The notes below the pieces were generated by a model, which was not told the origin of the DNA, made no database searches, and saw nothing but the letters and a program-made list of their open reading frames with translations. 64,000 bases of DNA, taken from the IMG/VR virus record IMGVR_UViG_3300027770_000027, positions 163,353-227,352 of that record; one strand, written 5' to 3'. The position numbers were made by a program, and so were the translations under genes. Within the stretch, counting starts at the first letter, position 1. Each line of letters begins with the position of its first letter. This document shows positions 1 to 9,949 of the stretch, piece by piece.

Positions 1-29
1 ACTAGTAAACGGTAAACGTTGTCGCTCAT
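1..29 (-). CDS. 5' end of a minus-strand gene running off the window (MSDNVYRLL...)
   Basis: ATG at 29-27 is open to the window edge, with TATAAATA 16 nt upstream. Confidence 0.5.
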
Positions 30-45
30 ATTTGATATTGTTAAA

Positions 46-53
46 TATTTATA
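46..53 (-). promoter_or_regulatory. T4-type late promoter TATAAATA
   Basis: Exact T4 gp55 consensus on the minus strand, upstream of the ATG at 29. Confidence 0.6.
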
Positions 54-81
54 CTTAAAGGGTGTCCTATCAACAATTTGC

Positions 82-110
82 TTGCGCGTCCCTGAAAATA
101 CATCTATAAT
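82..110 (+). promoter_or_regulatory. sigma70-like promoter TTGCGC-N17-TATAAT
   Basis: 17-bp spacer, perfect -10, ATG 7 nt downstream at 118. Confidence 0.6.
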
Positions 111-117
111 TATTTTG

Positions 118-345
118 ATGACAAGTCCAATAAATTCAACAGTTGCTAGTTACCTTTCAATTAAACCAGTTATGCAAAGTATGAAAACTTTGAATGACCA
201 ACTTCCAAAAAATTCACTTCCAGTAGACTCTATGGGCACTATTCAAAGCAGAGCAGAACAAATTGCTCATCCACAACTTTCAATTTATAATGCTCATGGT
301 ATTGTAACTCCAAACTCTCCAAATACTTTGTTGGTTCATGCTTAG
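118..345 (+). CDS. small hypothetical protein (75 aa)
   Basis: In-frame ATG at 118 within ORF 19..345, directly after the promoter. Confidence 0.55.
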   Translation: MTSPINSTVASYLSIKPVMQSMKTLNDQLPKNSLPVDSMGTIQSRAEQIAHPQLSIYNAHGIVTPNSPNTLLVHA

Positions 346-809
346 AGTTTTTTATTAATATCTTTTTCAGTCATTACAAAAAATAAATAACCGTTCTTTT
401 CACTCCACTTTCTAGCAGCCTCCCATTTGGCGTTGTTGACTATGTATTGTGTTTGTTCGAAAAGAACGGTTTTTTTACTTTTACGAGGAGTTATTTTGGG
501 AGTTTGTAAGAATTTTTCTGGTTTAATTTCAATTAAAAGTTTTTTTAAAGATCCGTCTGCTTCTTTGAGACAAACTACTAGATCTACAAAATAACGATGC
601 ATTTTATTATCTAGTGGTGAAATGTAGGGAATGATTACAGACTCAGATCCCCAAGTTACTACTTTATCATTAGAATCCATCCATCGATATGCTTTTAATT
701 CTAAGCTAGATCTAAAAAATATAGGTACAGATCCTTTATACTTTTGTGGATTTTGAGGAGAGAATATGCCTTGGTTATATTCTTTGTTTTTATTGAGGTG
801 TTTTCTCAT
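342..809 (-). CDS. gp4: head completion protein gp4 (TnsA-like nuclease fold)
   Basis: KYKG..I.FRSSLE, W.SE..IPY.SP.D...HRYFVD and IEIKP motifs; adjacent to neck and portal genes. Confidence 0.9.
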   Translation of the reverse strand: MRKHLNKNKEYNQGIFSPQNPQKYKGSVPIFFRSSLELKAYRWMDSNDKVVTWGSESVIIPYISPLDNKMHRYFVDLVVCLKEADGSLKKLLIEIKPEKFLQTPKITPRKSKKTVLFEQTQYIVNNAKWEAARKWSEKNGYLFFVMTEKDINKKL

Positions 810-812
810 TTA

Positions 813-2012
813 TTAACCAATAAGAAATGGTATCGGGTCTCTGTCGATTAGATCAGAAGTGATTTCTGCTTCTAACTTATCTCTTTCAGATAATCCCTGA
901 CTCATTAAATCTGTATAATTGACAGACTGACCTCCAAAAAGAATAGAACCAGAAAATTTACCTCTGGTGTGGGCTACTGTGAGTTTGGTTAAAGCTAATG
1001 TATACCTATAAACCCATAACTGACTCACAATATCTTTGATGGGTTTCTGGACAATACATTTGACTAGGCCAAAATACACAGAATTTTGTGTAGGTTCTGG
1101 AATAATTTTAAGCATTTGAGTTTCAGGATAAAACCGAAGATATGGTGTAAGTGCTAATGTTTTTTCTCTGGTTTCTATCCATCCTTTCAAAGCTTGCCAA
1201 GTAACTAAATCATAACCCACATTACCCAGCAAATGACCGAAGTATGCTTGCTGTGCTATCGCGTGTTCTATAGTGAACAAAGTGTTGATTCCCGTGTTAC
1301 TTCCTTCTTGGAAGGAAGAAACGTCAACAACGCGGCGGTAGTTGTTCATATCAAAGTCCCACCCAGTATATCCAAGGCGCATTTCATTGGGAACATTTGC
1401 TCCAGAAAGTGTTTGAGTTTGACCGGAGCCATTGACTATTACCACCTTATAAGCTCCTGGTGCTGGCGGCAGAGCAAATGTAATTCTTACAGTGTTTGCA
1501 TCTGGGGTACTAACACTGGGATATACTAAACTATTGGTAGTAGTATCATATACATTTACAACGACCGTGGAGTCGTTCATATTATGAACAACATCAAAAG
1601 TGCTACGAGATCCGTCACCTATGACCTCATCATGTTCTGATAAGGATACAGTAAACATAGGGGGTCCATTATAATCACCAGTTGTAGTATTAGGATCTAC
1701 TGCAAATAAATCTGGACTTATGTTTAACAATTTACCTATAGCAAGTCCCTGTTTTGGAGTATATAGATCAGATCTAAAAATTAAAAATTCTTCTGTATTG
1801 CCGGCAAATTTGGTAAAATATTCACAAGCAGTGTCTATTATGGTATAAAGCTGTTCGTCAGAAATTTCTATTTGAACCAACGGATATCCCAACATGCGCT
1901 TTACTCTTTCACCAAGTAATTCATAACTGGTTATCCTATTAGTAAAGGTGGTACTTCCGAATATACCACTTAAAGCTCTGCCGGAAGTTGCAAATGTTGG
2001 GATTACTGCCAT
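813..2012 (-). CDS. gp13: neck protein gp13, with an inserted beta-rich domain
   Basis: R.LGYP.V.IEI..EQ N-terminus; C-terminal Y.LAL.K......RGKFSG..L.GG..VN...L..QG..E...LE. Confidence 0.85.
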   Translation of the reverse strand: MAVIPTFATSGRALSGIFGSTTFTNRITSYELLGERVKRMLGYPLVQIEISDEQLYTIIDTACEYFTKFAGNTEEFLIFRSDLYTPKQGLAIGKLLNISPDLFAVDPNTTTGDYNGPPMFTVSLSEHDEVIGDGSRSTFDVVHNMNDSTVVVNVYDTTTNSLVYPSVSTPDANTVRITFALPPAPGAYKVVIVNGSGQTQTLSGANVPNEMRLGYTGWDFDMNNYRRVVDVSSFQEGSNTGINTLFTIEHAIAQQAYFGHLLGNVGYDLVTWQALKGWIETREKTLALTPYLRFYPETQMLKIIPEPTQNSVYFGLVKCIVQKPIKDIVSQLWVYRYTLALTKLTVAHTRGKFSGSILFGGQSVNYTDLMSQGLSERDKLEAEITSDLIDRDPIPFLIG

Positions 2013-2022
2013 AATGTACTAC

Positions 2023-3897
2023 TTATCCAGTAGGAGCGGCTTCTGGGGCTGGTGGCGGGGCTTCTCCGCCTTCTGGAGCAACGGCGCCGCCTTCTGGAGC
2101 AACGGCGCCGCCTTCTGGAGATACTTCTGCTCCACCTCCACCAAATTCTGGTATAGCACTACCTCCACCCCCACCCCCACCTTCAGCACCGGCACCACCT
2201 TCAGCTCCACCAGCTGCAGATGCTGCTGCTTGAGCTGCTTCAATTTGTTCTCTCCAGTTAGGACCTGCGTTGGTAATTTGCTGCAATTCCCATTTAAATG
2301 CAGCTTCCTTACGTTGCCATTCCATGTTTTCACTAATTTTAGTATCACTAAATCCTAGATAGTGTCGTTGAGCAAATATATTAGATATTCCTTCATTTTG
2401 AGACATATCTGCAAAATTCTTTTGTTTTAATTCTTGCATCTGTTGTTGACGAATCGCAAAGTAATTTGATGGTGGATTAAATGAAAGGTTTATAAATGAC
2501 TCGTGAAGTTTGTATTCATTCCACCAGCCCTTAATTTTTAAATGGGTTATAAAGGCAGCTTTAAGACCAAATGCAAATTGATTTTGCAAACGCATTATAA
2601 ATTTAGCAAATCTTAATTCTTCTCGAAGAATTTCTGAACCGTCTTTAAATGCTTCATTGGGGTTGAGTCTAGTTAGAGGCACTTTCAAGCTCTTGTAAAG
2701 TTTGTTTACAAAATACATCAAATCATCTAACTTTCCTAGGTTGTCGCCTCCTTGGAGCACAGACACATCTGATCCAGTCTCACCGGTACGTTTTGCAAAC
2801 CAATAACTATCTAACATTGATTGTGGGTTATAAGAATTTACAACAGATCCACCGTTATTTGACCCATCATATACCTGTTTAGACCAATATTGCTGCTTCA
2901 ATTGCTGCATATATGCTTGGGCCTTAGCGGGAGGCATATTACCCACGTCAATTACAAATTTTAAACGTTCTGGTGCTCTAACTAAACGATAAATGATGAT
3001 TGCATCCTCTAGTAAAGATAAAAGTTTATAAGCACGACGACAATTTTCAATAAAAGGAATTCTAACAGTTAAATCCTCATTCCAGAGACCAGAATTTATA
3101 TAGGTAATTTGATTACCCTGCAAAGTCATTAATTGTTGCTGAAGATTGTTTCCGGGACTAACATTGTTAGTTTGTTGAGATAATGGTCCAGATGGATTAT
3201 TGTTTAAATTAATAGGTTTAGAAAAAACAAAATTTTCTATAACATTATTTTGTATATTATCATATACAGGACTTATAGTCTCTGCTGGTATGTTAAGACA
3301 TCCAATAATTCCATAATCGGTTTTGTCTTTATAAGTGATATTTTCGAAGAAAACCTCACCTTCTACCAATAAATGTCTGCAATATCCCCATCCTTTGTGT
3401 TCTAAATCATAGATATTAATGAACTTTTCAAATTCTTTCTGCAATTCTGCCTTGGCTTCAGATTCTATGTCACAAAATGCAGAAAATGCTAAATGAATAA
3501 TTTTACCATTTTCATCTTTAACAATAAATTCATCACAAATTTCATCCAAACAATCTGATACTTCAGAAAAAGCGGCCATTCTGCGATATTCTGCTAATCT
3601 TCTGATCTTATCTGTATCTACTTGTGCATAGATATAATTGTGATAAGGGCTGTGTGATCCAAAAGCAGCACTGCCTGTGGGTCCATACTCCATACCCATA
3701 GCGGGTCCGGTGATTACCGACTGCTTTAATAAGCGAAAATCTGTGCGTTTGGCTAACCTATCAAAAAGTTCATACTTGGGGTTGCCCGCAGAAACATCTA
3801 ATCCAGCGGCTACATACGGCAAACGTTGTAAAACACTTGAAATAAAATTGCGTCCTACATTTTGTCCGCGGCTTGAAGTTGGTAAAAGATCTGCCAT
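2023..3897 (-). CDS. gp20: portal vertex protein gp20
   Basis: YR.MA...EV..CLDEI, LEDA.IIYRLVRAPER..F.IDVGNMP..KA..Y, SMLDSYW, LYKSLKVP.TRL, EILREELRF.KFI.RLQ. Confidence 0.97.
   Translation of the reverse strand: MADLLPTSSRGQNVGRNFISSVLQRLPYVAAGLDVSAGNPKYELFDRLAKRTDFRLLKQSVITGPAMGMEYGPTGSAAFGSHSPYHNYIYAQVDTDKIRRLAEYRRMAAFSEVSDCLDEICDEFIVKDENGKIIHLAFSAFCDIESEAKAELQKEFEKFINIYDLEHKGWGYCRHLLVEGEVFFENITYKDKTDYGIIGCLNIPAETISPVYDNIQNNVIENFVFSKPINLNNNPSGPLSQQTNNVSPGNNLQQQLMTLQGNQITYINSGLWNEDLTVRIPFIENCRRAYKLLSLLEDAIIIYRLVRAPERLKFVIDVGNMPPAKAQAYMQQLKQQYWSKQVYDGSNNGGSVVNSYNPQSMLDSYWFAKRTGETGSDVSVLQGGDNLGKLDDLMYFVNKLYKSLKVPLTRLNPNEAFKDGSEILREELRFAKFIMRLQNQFAFGLKAAFITHLKIKGWWNEYKLHESFINLSFNPPSNYFAIRQQQMQELKQKNFADMSQNEGISNIFAQRHYLGFSDTKISENMEWQRKEAAFKWELQQITNAGPNWREQIEAAQAAASAAGGAEGGAGAEGGGGGGGSAIPEFGGGGAEVSPEGGAVAPEGGAVAPEGGEAPPPAPEAAPTG
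2066..2120. repeat. 21-bp tandem repeat (~2.6 copies) in the G/A/P/E-rich portal C-terminal tail
   Basis: ccgccttctggagcaacggcg twice plus a partial copy, encoding (AVAPEGG)n. Confidence 0.9.
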
Positions 3898-3953
3898 ATA
3901 TTATATAATTACTATAAATTGTAACTTAACACCATATTATCCTATTATTGAAC

Positions 3954-5246
3954 TTAATCAAAATAACTATGTGGCAAATTCCAGTGCCCATCTGTGAATA
4001 TTAGAGTAACAACCATTGGATGCTGGGGTGTTGTTGCACCTCTGAATGGCAACCACCAGTCTTTGTCTGCAGTTTCTTCAATATTAGTACCAGACGAATA
4101 CCTTGCGTGTGCAAATTTTACAGTGGTGTACTCATCCTCGTTTGTATACTTTCCACTTGGCACCAAATACATTATTTGTCCCTCTATTCCATCTGCTAGG
4201 GTATACATATCACTACTAGGAGTAGTACCATTGCCGTAAGGAACTAGTTTATTGATTTGTTTGGTTAAATCTATCGCAATACTGCCAGCATTGGAGCCTG
4301 CATCGACGGTAGATGTGGAAGCAACAAAAGAACCTGGAAACGTAGCAACACCAGCTGGGCTGAAATACCAGCTTTTAGATACTAGATTATCAGGATCTGC
4401 GTTATCAATAGCCTCTATACTAACACCTTCTCCACTTGCAATATGAAATCCCATACCAACTCTAATAGAAGTGTTGTTTCTATCAAAAACTATACCCCCG
4501 TTTTGAGCCAATAACAGATCTCCTTGTTTAGTAAACGCCCAGCGATTAACATTATCATTTAAATTTGTTTCTATGTTGAAGGCTCCGGATAATTCTGTAG
4601 TAGGGGAAAAACTATTGTCAACAACTCCCACCCAAACATCCTTATCATATGATGTCAAAGAGGCCCATGCTCCGGGAGTCCCTACTAAATCTACTCCCCC
4701 ACCATTCCACGCATCACCTAACATACCCCCTTTAGCCAAATATAAATTGCCGTCTGAACTTAAAGTTGTAGTATATAAATTACTTGATAAAATATTGGTA
4801 ATAGTGGAAGTTGCACTTCCCCAATGACTGGATAAACTGCTTGTAGTAGCGTAAACAGAATTCCAATTTACTGAAGATGCTGTCAAATTATATACAGTTG
4901 AAGACAAGTCTGTCGGTCTACTGTTCCATTGACTGGATAAACTGCTTGTGATGGCGTAGACTGAATTCCATTTTAAAGACTCCGCAGTTAAATTTGATAT
5001 ATCAGTTCTAAAAACAATATCTGAAGATAATAAATTGTTAATAGACCTCAAATCTAAAGCACTTAAATCTAAGAGGGCAGCACTAAGAGAGTTTAAAGAT
5101 ACTAAAACTGGATTATTAGCATTTGCAAAAGAAACAACACTGAATAGTGTAGTATTAAGTGTGCGTCCATTATGATACACTAGAAGCAGATCTGCACTTG
5201 TGAGATCAGATATTGTTGTAAAATCTTTTATAGTCTTTTGTTGCAT
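3954..5246 (-). CDS. putative virion fibre/structural protein
   Basis: S/T/N/G-rich; duplicated WNSVYA.TSSLSS.W unit; W.F...G.L..P fibre-type motifs; TAAATA upstream; in the structural block. Confidence 0.6.
   Translation of the reverse strand: MQQKTIKDFTTISDLTSADLLLVYHNGRTLNTTLFSVVSFANANNPVLVSLNSLSAALLDLSALDLRSINNLLSSDIVFRTDISNLTAESLKWNSVYAITSSLSSQWNSRPTDLSSTVYNLTASSVNWNSVYATTSSLSSHWGSATSTITNILSSNLYTTTLSSDGNLYLAKGGMLGDAWNGGGVDLVGTPGAWASLTSYDKDVWVGVVDNSFSPTTELSGAFNIETNLNDNVNRWAFTKQGDLLLAQNGGIVFDRNNTSIRVGMGFHIASGEGVSIEAIDNADPDNLVSKSWYFSPAGVATFPGSFVASTSTVDAGSNAGSIAIDLTKQINKLVPYGNGTTPSSDMYTLADGIEGQIMYLVPSGKYTNEDEYTTVKFAHARYSSGTNIEETADKDWWLPFRGATTPQHPMVVTLIFTDGHWNLPHSYFD
4821..4973. repeat. imperfect direct repeat with 105-nt period
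   Basis: tgactggataaactgcttgt occurs at about 4825 and 4930. Confidence 0.8.
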
Positions 5247-5258
5247 ACTCTAGAATAT

Positions 5259-6506
5259 TTAGTTCCAAACTAGAGTATTTCCGAATTCATCGACTATGTT
5301 TGCGTTGTCTTCTGTTAAAATAGATATTCCCAAATAATTTATAGGAATCCCATTTACCACCGGAGAGGGTTCATATACCCAACCACTCCAAGAACTAATA
5401 GCGGGTCTCAGGCTACAAGTAGATAATTTGCCGTATCCGGCTTCATTTTCAACAATAATATCTATATATCCAAAATTAAGTGGTATTTGAGGTAGACTAA
5501 ACTGTAGATGTTCATCCGTAATGGGGTTAAAACTAGAAAGCCTAACTGCATTAAATGGAGGATTGAATGAAGAAAGCTTGGGATATGCTGAAAATAAATC
5601 CCATGTCTGAATATTATCAAACATGGATGGATCACTTGCACTTAAATATACATTACGTGGCTGAAATAAATATTTTCCATAAACGTCTAAGAAAACAGCA
5701 GACACTGGAAGAGTTGGAATAAGTGCATCATTATAATAAAGACAAGATGGATATACAACTTTTGGATGAGGAATTGCTGATATAGATCGGGTATCAGTTT
5801 CTAAGGTTTTTAATAAACGGTCTCCTTCTCTGATATCCCCCAAAGCGGTAAAATCTGTGTTTATATAGTAGATTTTTTTATAAGGTTCATCAAATTTCTT
5901 AAAAATCCATCCCTTTATAGTAAAAGAGGTGTCTGCAGACAATTTAAAAGGAGCTCCAGCTGCTAATTCTTGTGGGTATGTGGGTGTTATGGTGCCGGAC
6001 CAAGTAACTTCTGAGCGAATTTCAAACGGAGTGTCAGATTCTTTAAGACCTGGAAATTTCCAAGAAATTACTACATATGGATCATTATATGGAATGATGT
6101 TAGATATAATCTGGTCCATATCTTCCTGATATTTTGCTATAATAGTCATATTAACAGCAATGTTAACTGGAAGAGGTTGTGGTATTTTCTTTAAAAATAT
6201 TTCCGGCACTTCTGGAGTGTTGAAAGGTATCATAAACCCTTCATTTTTATTAAAAACCCTAGATTTGTCCCTAGTGATACTAGCAATGGATACAGCAATT
6301 GCTGGAACAGTGGGAGCACCTGGTCCTGGGGTGTTTAAAGTTTCAAACACACGCTGTTTAGGAGCATATACAAATGAAACTTTGGTGTCTGATGAAAGAA
6401 TTTCATTATGATCTTTATCATACCTCTTGATAACAATGTCATTAAAAGCAGCTATGAACTGCTCTAGCATGGTCATTACTTCAAAATTGTATGTATAGTT
6501 CCTCAT
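5259..6506 (-). CDS. gp15: tail sheath stabiliser/terminator gp15 with C-terminal extension
   Basis: Y.Y.........F..AFNDI.I.R, V...YAPKQR, P.P.NI...M.I..KYQ.DMDQII.NI.PY, FT.KGWIF. Confidence 0.8.
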   Translation of the reverse strand: MRNYTYNFEVMTMLEQFIAAFNDIVIKRYDKDHNEILSSDTKVSFVYAPKQRVFETLNTPGPGAPTVPAIAVSIASITRDKSRVFNKNEGFMIPFNTPEVPEIFLKKIPQPLPVNIAVNMTIIAKYQEDMDQIISNIIPYNDPYVVISWKFPGLKESDTPFEIRSEVTWSGTITPTYPQELAAGAPFKLSADTSFTIKGWIFKKFDEPYKKIYYINTDFTALGDIREGDRLLKTLETDTRSISAIPHPKVVYPSCLYYNDALIPTLPVSAVFLDVYGKYLFQPRNVYLSASDPSMFDNIQTWDLFSAYPKLSSFNPPFNAVRLSSFNPITDEHLQFSLPQIPLNFGYIDIIVENEAGYGKLSTCSLRPAISSWSGWVYEPSPVVNGIPINYLGISILTEDNANIVDEFGNTLVWN

Positions 6507-6526
6507 CAGACAAGTATTTATGGTAT

Positions 6527-8197
6527 TTACATAAATCGTTCTAGAAAATACTTAGGAAGATATTTTTTATTAGTAGTTATCGCTTTTACAGCAGCTCCAT
6601 CTAAAATATAAGTCACTGCATGATCTTCTTTTGATCGAGTACACCTTCCACTCATTTGAATAAGACTGTCTAACATCTTCATACCATAATAATGAGGATT
6701 TTTGTCAAATTGTTTTTTAATTCTTTTAGAACCTAGCGGTAGATAAGGAGCTTTGATAATAATTTGAAACCTTCCCAAGTCATCATCTAAACTAACTCCA
6801 GTGTCTAACGAAGGGCTTACCAGAATAGTATCTTCTTCTATTCTTTTTTTATGAATTGCAATAATATCTTCATTACTTGAACCCACTTCTCTAAATAAAA
6901 ATCTTAAATTTTGTCTCGTCTTTTGTTTTAACTTTTCTGTGATACTGTTGGTATGGGTATGAATTAGTCCCTTTTCTCCTTTATGCATTTCACATATCTT
7001 CAAAGCCATGTCAATTACCTTAGGAAGAGTTGATTCTATGGTTTTAAATGACAGACTATACTTGCTTGAAACGTATATAGGAGACTTAGAAGAAGGAAAG
7101 GTTGAATCTATATCTATAAATGAATATTCATTATTTGAGATACCCAAACTCTTTGCATATTCTTCTACATTACTAATAGTAGCCGACATCATGAGAATAT
7201 GGTTAGCATTTCCGAAAATAGTCTGTGCTAATGGTTTAATGTCGTAAGGCACAAAAGTTACTTCTTTGTTATCCTTATACTCCACAAGATATTGACACTC
7301 TTGCCAGTTTAGAACGGCGTCCATGATTGAATTATACAAACTAGTGAGTTTACCCAAGCGCTGTTGCTGTTTAAAAAGTAAACTGTCAAACCCACTTCCT
7401 TTGTTTGATATCAAAGTTAACTTGTGTCTCAATTCTTGCATCTGTTCTTTGACTTGCAGAAATATATCTTGCAACCACATTCCGGCTTCCTCCGCATCGT
7501 CTGAAATAATTTTCTTGAATACAATTTCTTCTGCTGTTAATTGAGCATAGTTTAATGTAATTGAATACTGCCCTACAATTTCACTTTCAATCTTGTCTGC
7601 TTCATCAAAGATTAAATATTGGCGTTTCATCAAAAATGTCGGCATATTAAAATACGCTCGATAATTTAAGACTGGATCTGAAGACATCAATGCATTTTTG
7701 CGGATCTTATAATAAGGACATCTATCTTCTGCAAAACATTCTTGTTTTAATTTAGGACTAAACAAACAAGGAGCAAAATCAACAGTAACGTTAGGATCCA
7801 CTGCACAAGTGTAATTATTTTTACCCTTGGGTGCAATTTGATCTGTAAACAATTCTGTATACTGATTTTGTAATGATTTTGTGACTGTTAAAATTGCGGA
7901 CCCGTATGATGATTCTGATAGGAAAGTTTCTTTGTGTAAGTAATTTCCTTGATTATCTTTTTTAAAAGCTTCATACGATTCTAACAATCGCTGTCTATTA
8001 GAATCAATACCTCTTGATGATCTTGCCAATGTAGTTGCTATGTGTGATTTGCCAGATCCTGTAGGAAGTCTGGCTATTACATATTTTTTACCGCTTTGAA
8101 ACTCTTTTTGAATAAATTTAAGAGCTTCTATTTGTTGTGGTCGTGGACTATCTTGTCCAGGGAAATAATCAATTACGTTTTGTGTATTTGTCTTCAA
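6527..8197 (-). CDS. DinG/Rad3-like SF2 helicase with Fe-S cysteines
   Basis: Q motif PRPQQ, PTGSGKS, four Cys (NYTC..APC..EC..RCPY), DEAD, MSAT, Q.SGRCTRSKEDH...YILD. Confidence 0.9.
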   Translation of the reverse strand: MKTNTQNVIDYFPGQDSPRPQQIEALKFIQKEFQSGKKYVIARLPTGSGKSHIATTLARSSRGIDSNRQRLLESYEAFKKDNQGNYLHKETFLSESSYGSAILTVTKSLQNQYTELFTDQIAPKGKNNYTCAVDPNVTVDFAPCLFSPKLKQECFAEDRCPYYKIRKNALMSSDPVLNYRAYFNMPTFLMKRQYLIFDEADKIESEIVGQYSITLNYAQLTAEEIVFKKIISDDAEEAGMWLQDIFLQVKEQMQELRHKLTLISNKGSGFDSLLFKQQQRLGKLTSLYNSIMDAVLNWQECQYLVEYKDNKEVTFVPYDIKPLAQTIFGNANHILMMSATISNVEEYAKSLGISNNEYSFIDIDSTFPSSKSPIYVSSKYSLSFKTIESTLPKVIDMALKICEMHKGEKGLIHTHTNSITEKLKQKTRQNLRFLFREVGSSNEDIIAIHKKRIEEDTILVSPSLDTGVSLDDDLGRFQIIIKAPYLPLGSKRIKKQFDKNPHYYGMKMLDSLIQMSGRCTRSKEDHAVTYILDGAAVKAITTNKKYLPKYFLERFM

Positions 8198-8426
8198 GCT
8201 TCTTTAGTATATCGAAATTTAAAACTTTTTGCACGCAGGAACATGGGATGTGTGTAAAATTTTGATGATCCCTGCCAACAAATTTACGACCGTAACATTT
8301 ATTACAGCTATTCTTTGGAAGTTTGGTGACCGGTAGATATCCAGGACCGAGAATAAATAAATCCGCAATTAAAACTTGCTGGATAGTTCCCGCAAAAACA
8401 TTAAAAACATTGGTGGTTTCATTCAT
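8169..8426 (-). CDS. hypothetical protein with CxxC...CxC zinc-ribbon motif
   Basis: CNKCYGR and PCSCV; overlaps neighbouring genes in the operon. Confidence 0.65.
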   Translation of the reverse strand: MNETTNVFNVFAGTIQQVLIADLFILGPGYLPVTKLPKNSCNKCYGRKFVGRDHQNFTHIPCSCVQKVLNFDILKKLEDKYTKRN

Positions 8427-8775
8427 GGGTATTAATAGTTAAAATGGTGTCCCAATATTTATTTTTGACTCCAATTACTGGGTATACTTTTAGGTAATTT
8501 TCTATTTCTGGCGCTAATTTTGCGAGTGTCTTAATCCTGTAGTCAAAATATACTAGATTGTCTTCATTATGAGACTCTGTAGCATATGGAATGGGTATTT
8601 CTACCTTGTCTCCTTCTTTCTTAAGAGTGTTTAAAATGAAAGTAAGATAAAAATTCTTTTGATAAAAAAGAATGAGTTTACCTTGCTTAAAAATTTTATT
8701 ATTAATCTCTAAGGAAATGGTTTTTTGCAAAAGATATTTACATATTTCTTCTAAATTTGAGCCGTTAATGTTCAT
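8419..8775 (-). CDS. hypothetical protein
   Basis: Tiles the operon with short overlaps. Confidence 0.65.
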   Translation of the reverse strand: MNINGSNLEEICKYLLQKTISLEINNKIFKQGKLILFYQKNFYLTFILNTLKKEGDKVEIPIPYATESHNEDNLVYFDYRIKTLAKLAPEIENYLKVYPVIGVKNKYWDTILTINTHE

Positions 8776-9158
8776 TAGGTGTTCATGAAAGCAGCTTTTT
8801 GTTCACTGCTCATCTTTGATAAGACATCATTGTAGTACTCCCAGAAATCCTCAATTGGAGTTGACGGAATTAATTTGATTACTTCTGTAGAATCTGCCGG
8901 AATGGCTCTCCAATTCTGCATAAACATATCAAAAACTACAACTAAATTATAATTGTTTGGATTGTATGGTGGTTTTCCAGCAGGTGCATTAAAATTAAAA
9001 ATTTTACGACCCAATTCTGAATCCAAAATTGCTGGATTGAGAGATGCTAACATACGCCTGGTAGCAGGTTTTCCGGCTACTGGATTTTTTCTAGTAAATT
9101 TTAATTCTACAACATTATTTTCTAACAATTGTTGTAAACCAGCAGATGAAAGTCCCAT
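8775..9158 (-). CDS. phage protein, probable SH3/WYL-like beta-barrel
   Basis: V..KF.RK......R.M.ASL and V.FD....WR.I pattern; start moved to MGLSS. Confidence 0.6.
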   Translation of the reverse strand: MGLSSAGLQQLLENNVVELKFTRKNPVAGKPATRRMLASLNPAILDSELGRKIFNFNAPAGKPPYNPNNYNLVVVFDMFMQNWRAIPADSTEVIKLIPSTPIEDFWEYYNDVLSKMSSEQKAAFMNT

Positions 9159-9159
9159 G

Positions 9160-9549
9160 TTATTCGATTGGTTTATAGTCACAAACTCCAAAAATTCGAT
9201 CTTCATTTAAGAAGGCAACATTACTTAAACCATTGATAGAATTTACCTTCAATCCTCGATCATTCGGAAACACTACATGATCTCCTTCTTTGACAATTTT
9301 ACAATCAGGTCCGGCAAGGATGACCTTACCAACTCGCCAAGTGTGTTCTACTGCATTAATAGGAATCCACAAGCTTCCGCGTCGGATTTCTGTTCCAGAC
9401 TCATTAATATCCGCATACTGAATCATTAAAATATTGTCTAATACTTTTGTGATATTCCAGTCATCCAATTCATAGCTCTTTCCCTGATAGTGTTCAATTT
9501 GAATTTTACCACCAATGCGGTCTTGTAGGTTTGTGGGTCTGTCTATCAT
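9160..9549 (-). CDS. groES: GroES/Cpn10-like co-chaperonin (gp31 analogue)
   Basis: GKVILAGP.CK.VKEGD.V.F....G......FLNE.RIFG. Confidence 0.8.
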   Translation of the reverse strand: MIDRPTNLQDRIGGKIQIEHYQGKSYELDDWNITKVLDNILMIQYADINESGTEIRRGSLWIPINAVEHTWRVGKVILAGPDCKIVKEGDHVVFPNDRGLKVNSINGLSNVAFLNEDRIFGVCDYKPIE

Positions 9550-9553
9550 ATTT

Positions 9554-9949
9554 TTATTTAAGTGATTTGTTTAATTGTTCAAGTGTTGAATTATAGAGAT
9601 TAATTTCTCTTTGAGATAATTCCATGTTATTAGCAATAATATTTGCATCCGAATCTTCTTCTTTTGATTTAGAAGAAGCTTTTTTAATGTAAGATAATTT
9701 ACAACTTATTTTAGGCAAAAGAGTTTTGTAAAATTTACCAGCCAAAAAATTTTCTTTAGACAATGGAGTTTTATACACCCATCTATTAAAAGTAACATTT
9801 ACTATTTGAGCTAAAGAATTATCTGCCATAGATAACCATCTATTGGTAATAAAAATAGATGGTATACTATGTTCTTCTGGGATCTTAGAAGACTTCTTAA
9901 GAATCCAATTTAAATAAGGAAACAGATCATCTTTATATTGAGGTTTCAT
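9554..9949 (-). CDS. gp62: clamp loader small subunit, gp62-like
   Basis: LF..LN.I, F..NRWLSM, FY..L.PK.....YIKK and C-terminal S.RE...Y pattern; TAATG overlap with the upstream gene. Confidence 0.6.
   Translation of the reverse strand: MKPQYKDDLFPYLNWILKKSSKIPEEHSIPSIFITNRWLSMADNSLAQIVNVTFNRWVYKTPLSKENFLAGKFYKTLLPKISCKLSYIKKASSKSKEEDSDANIIANNMELSQREINLYNSTLEQLNKSLK

Noticed and set aside
342-809. TnsA transposase / Tn7-like element
   Set aside because: Same fold, but size and position beside gp13 and gp20 identify it as gp4; no TnsB, TnsC or transposon ends
2066-2120. CRISPR-like short repeats
   Set aside because: Tandem, no spacers, in-frame coding repeat of the portal tail
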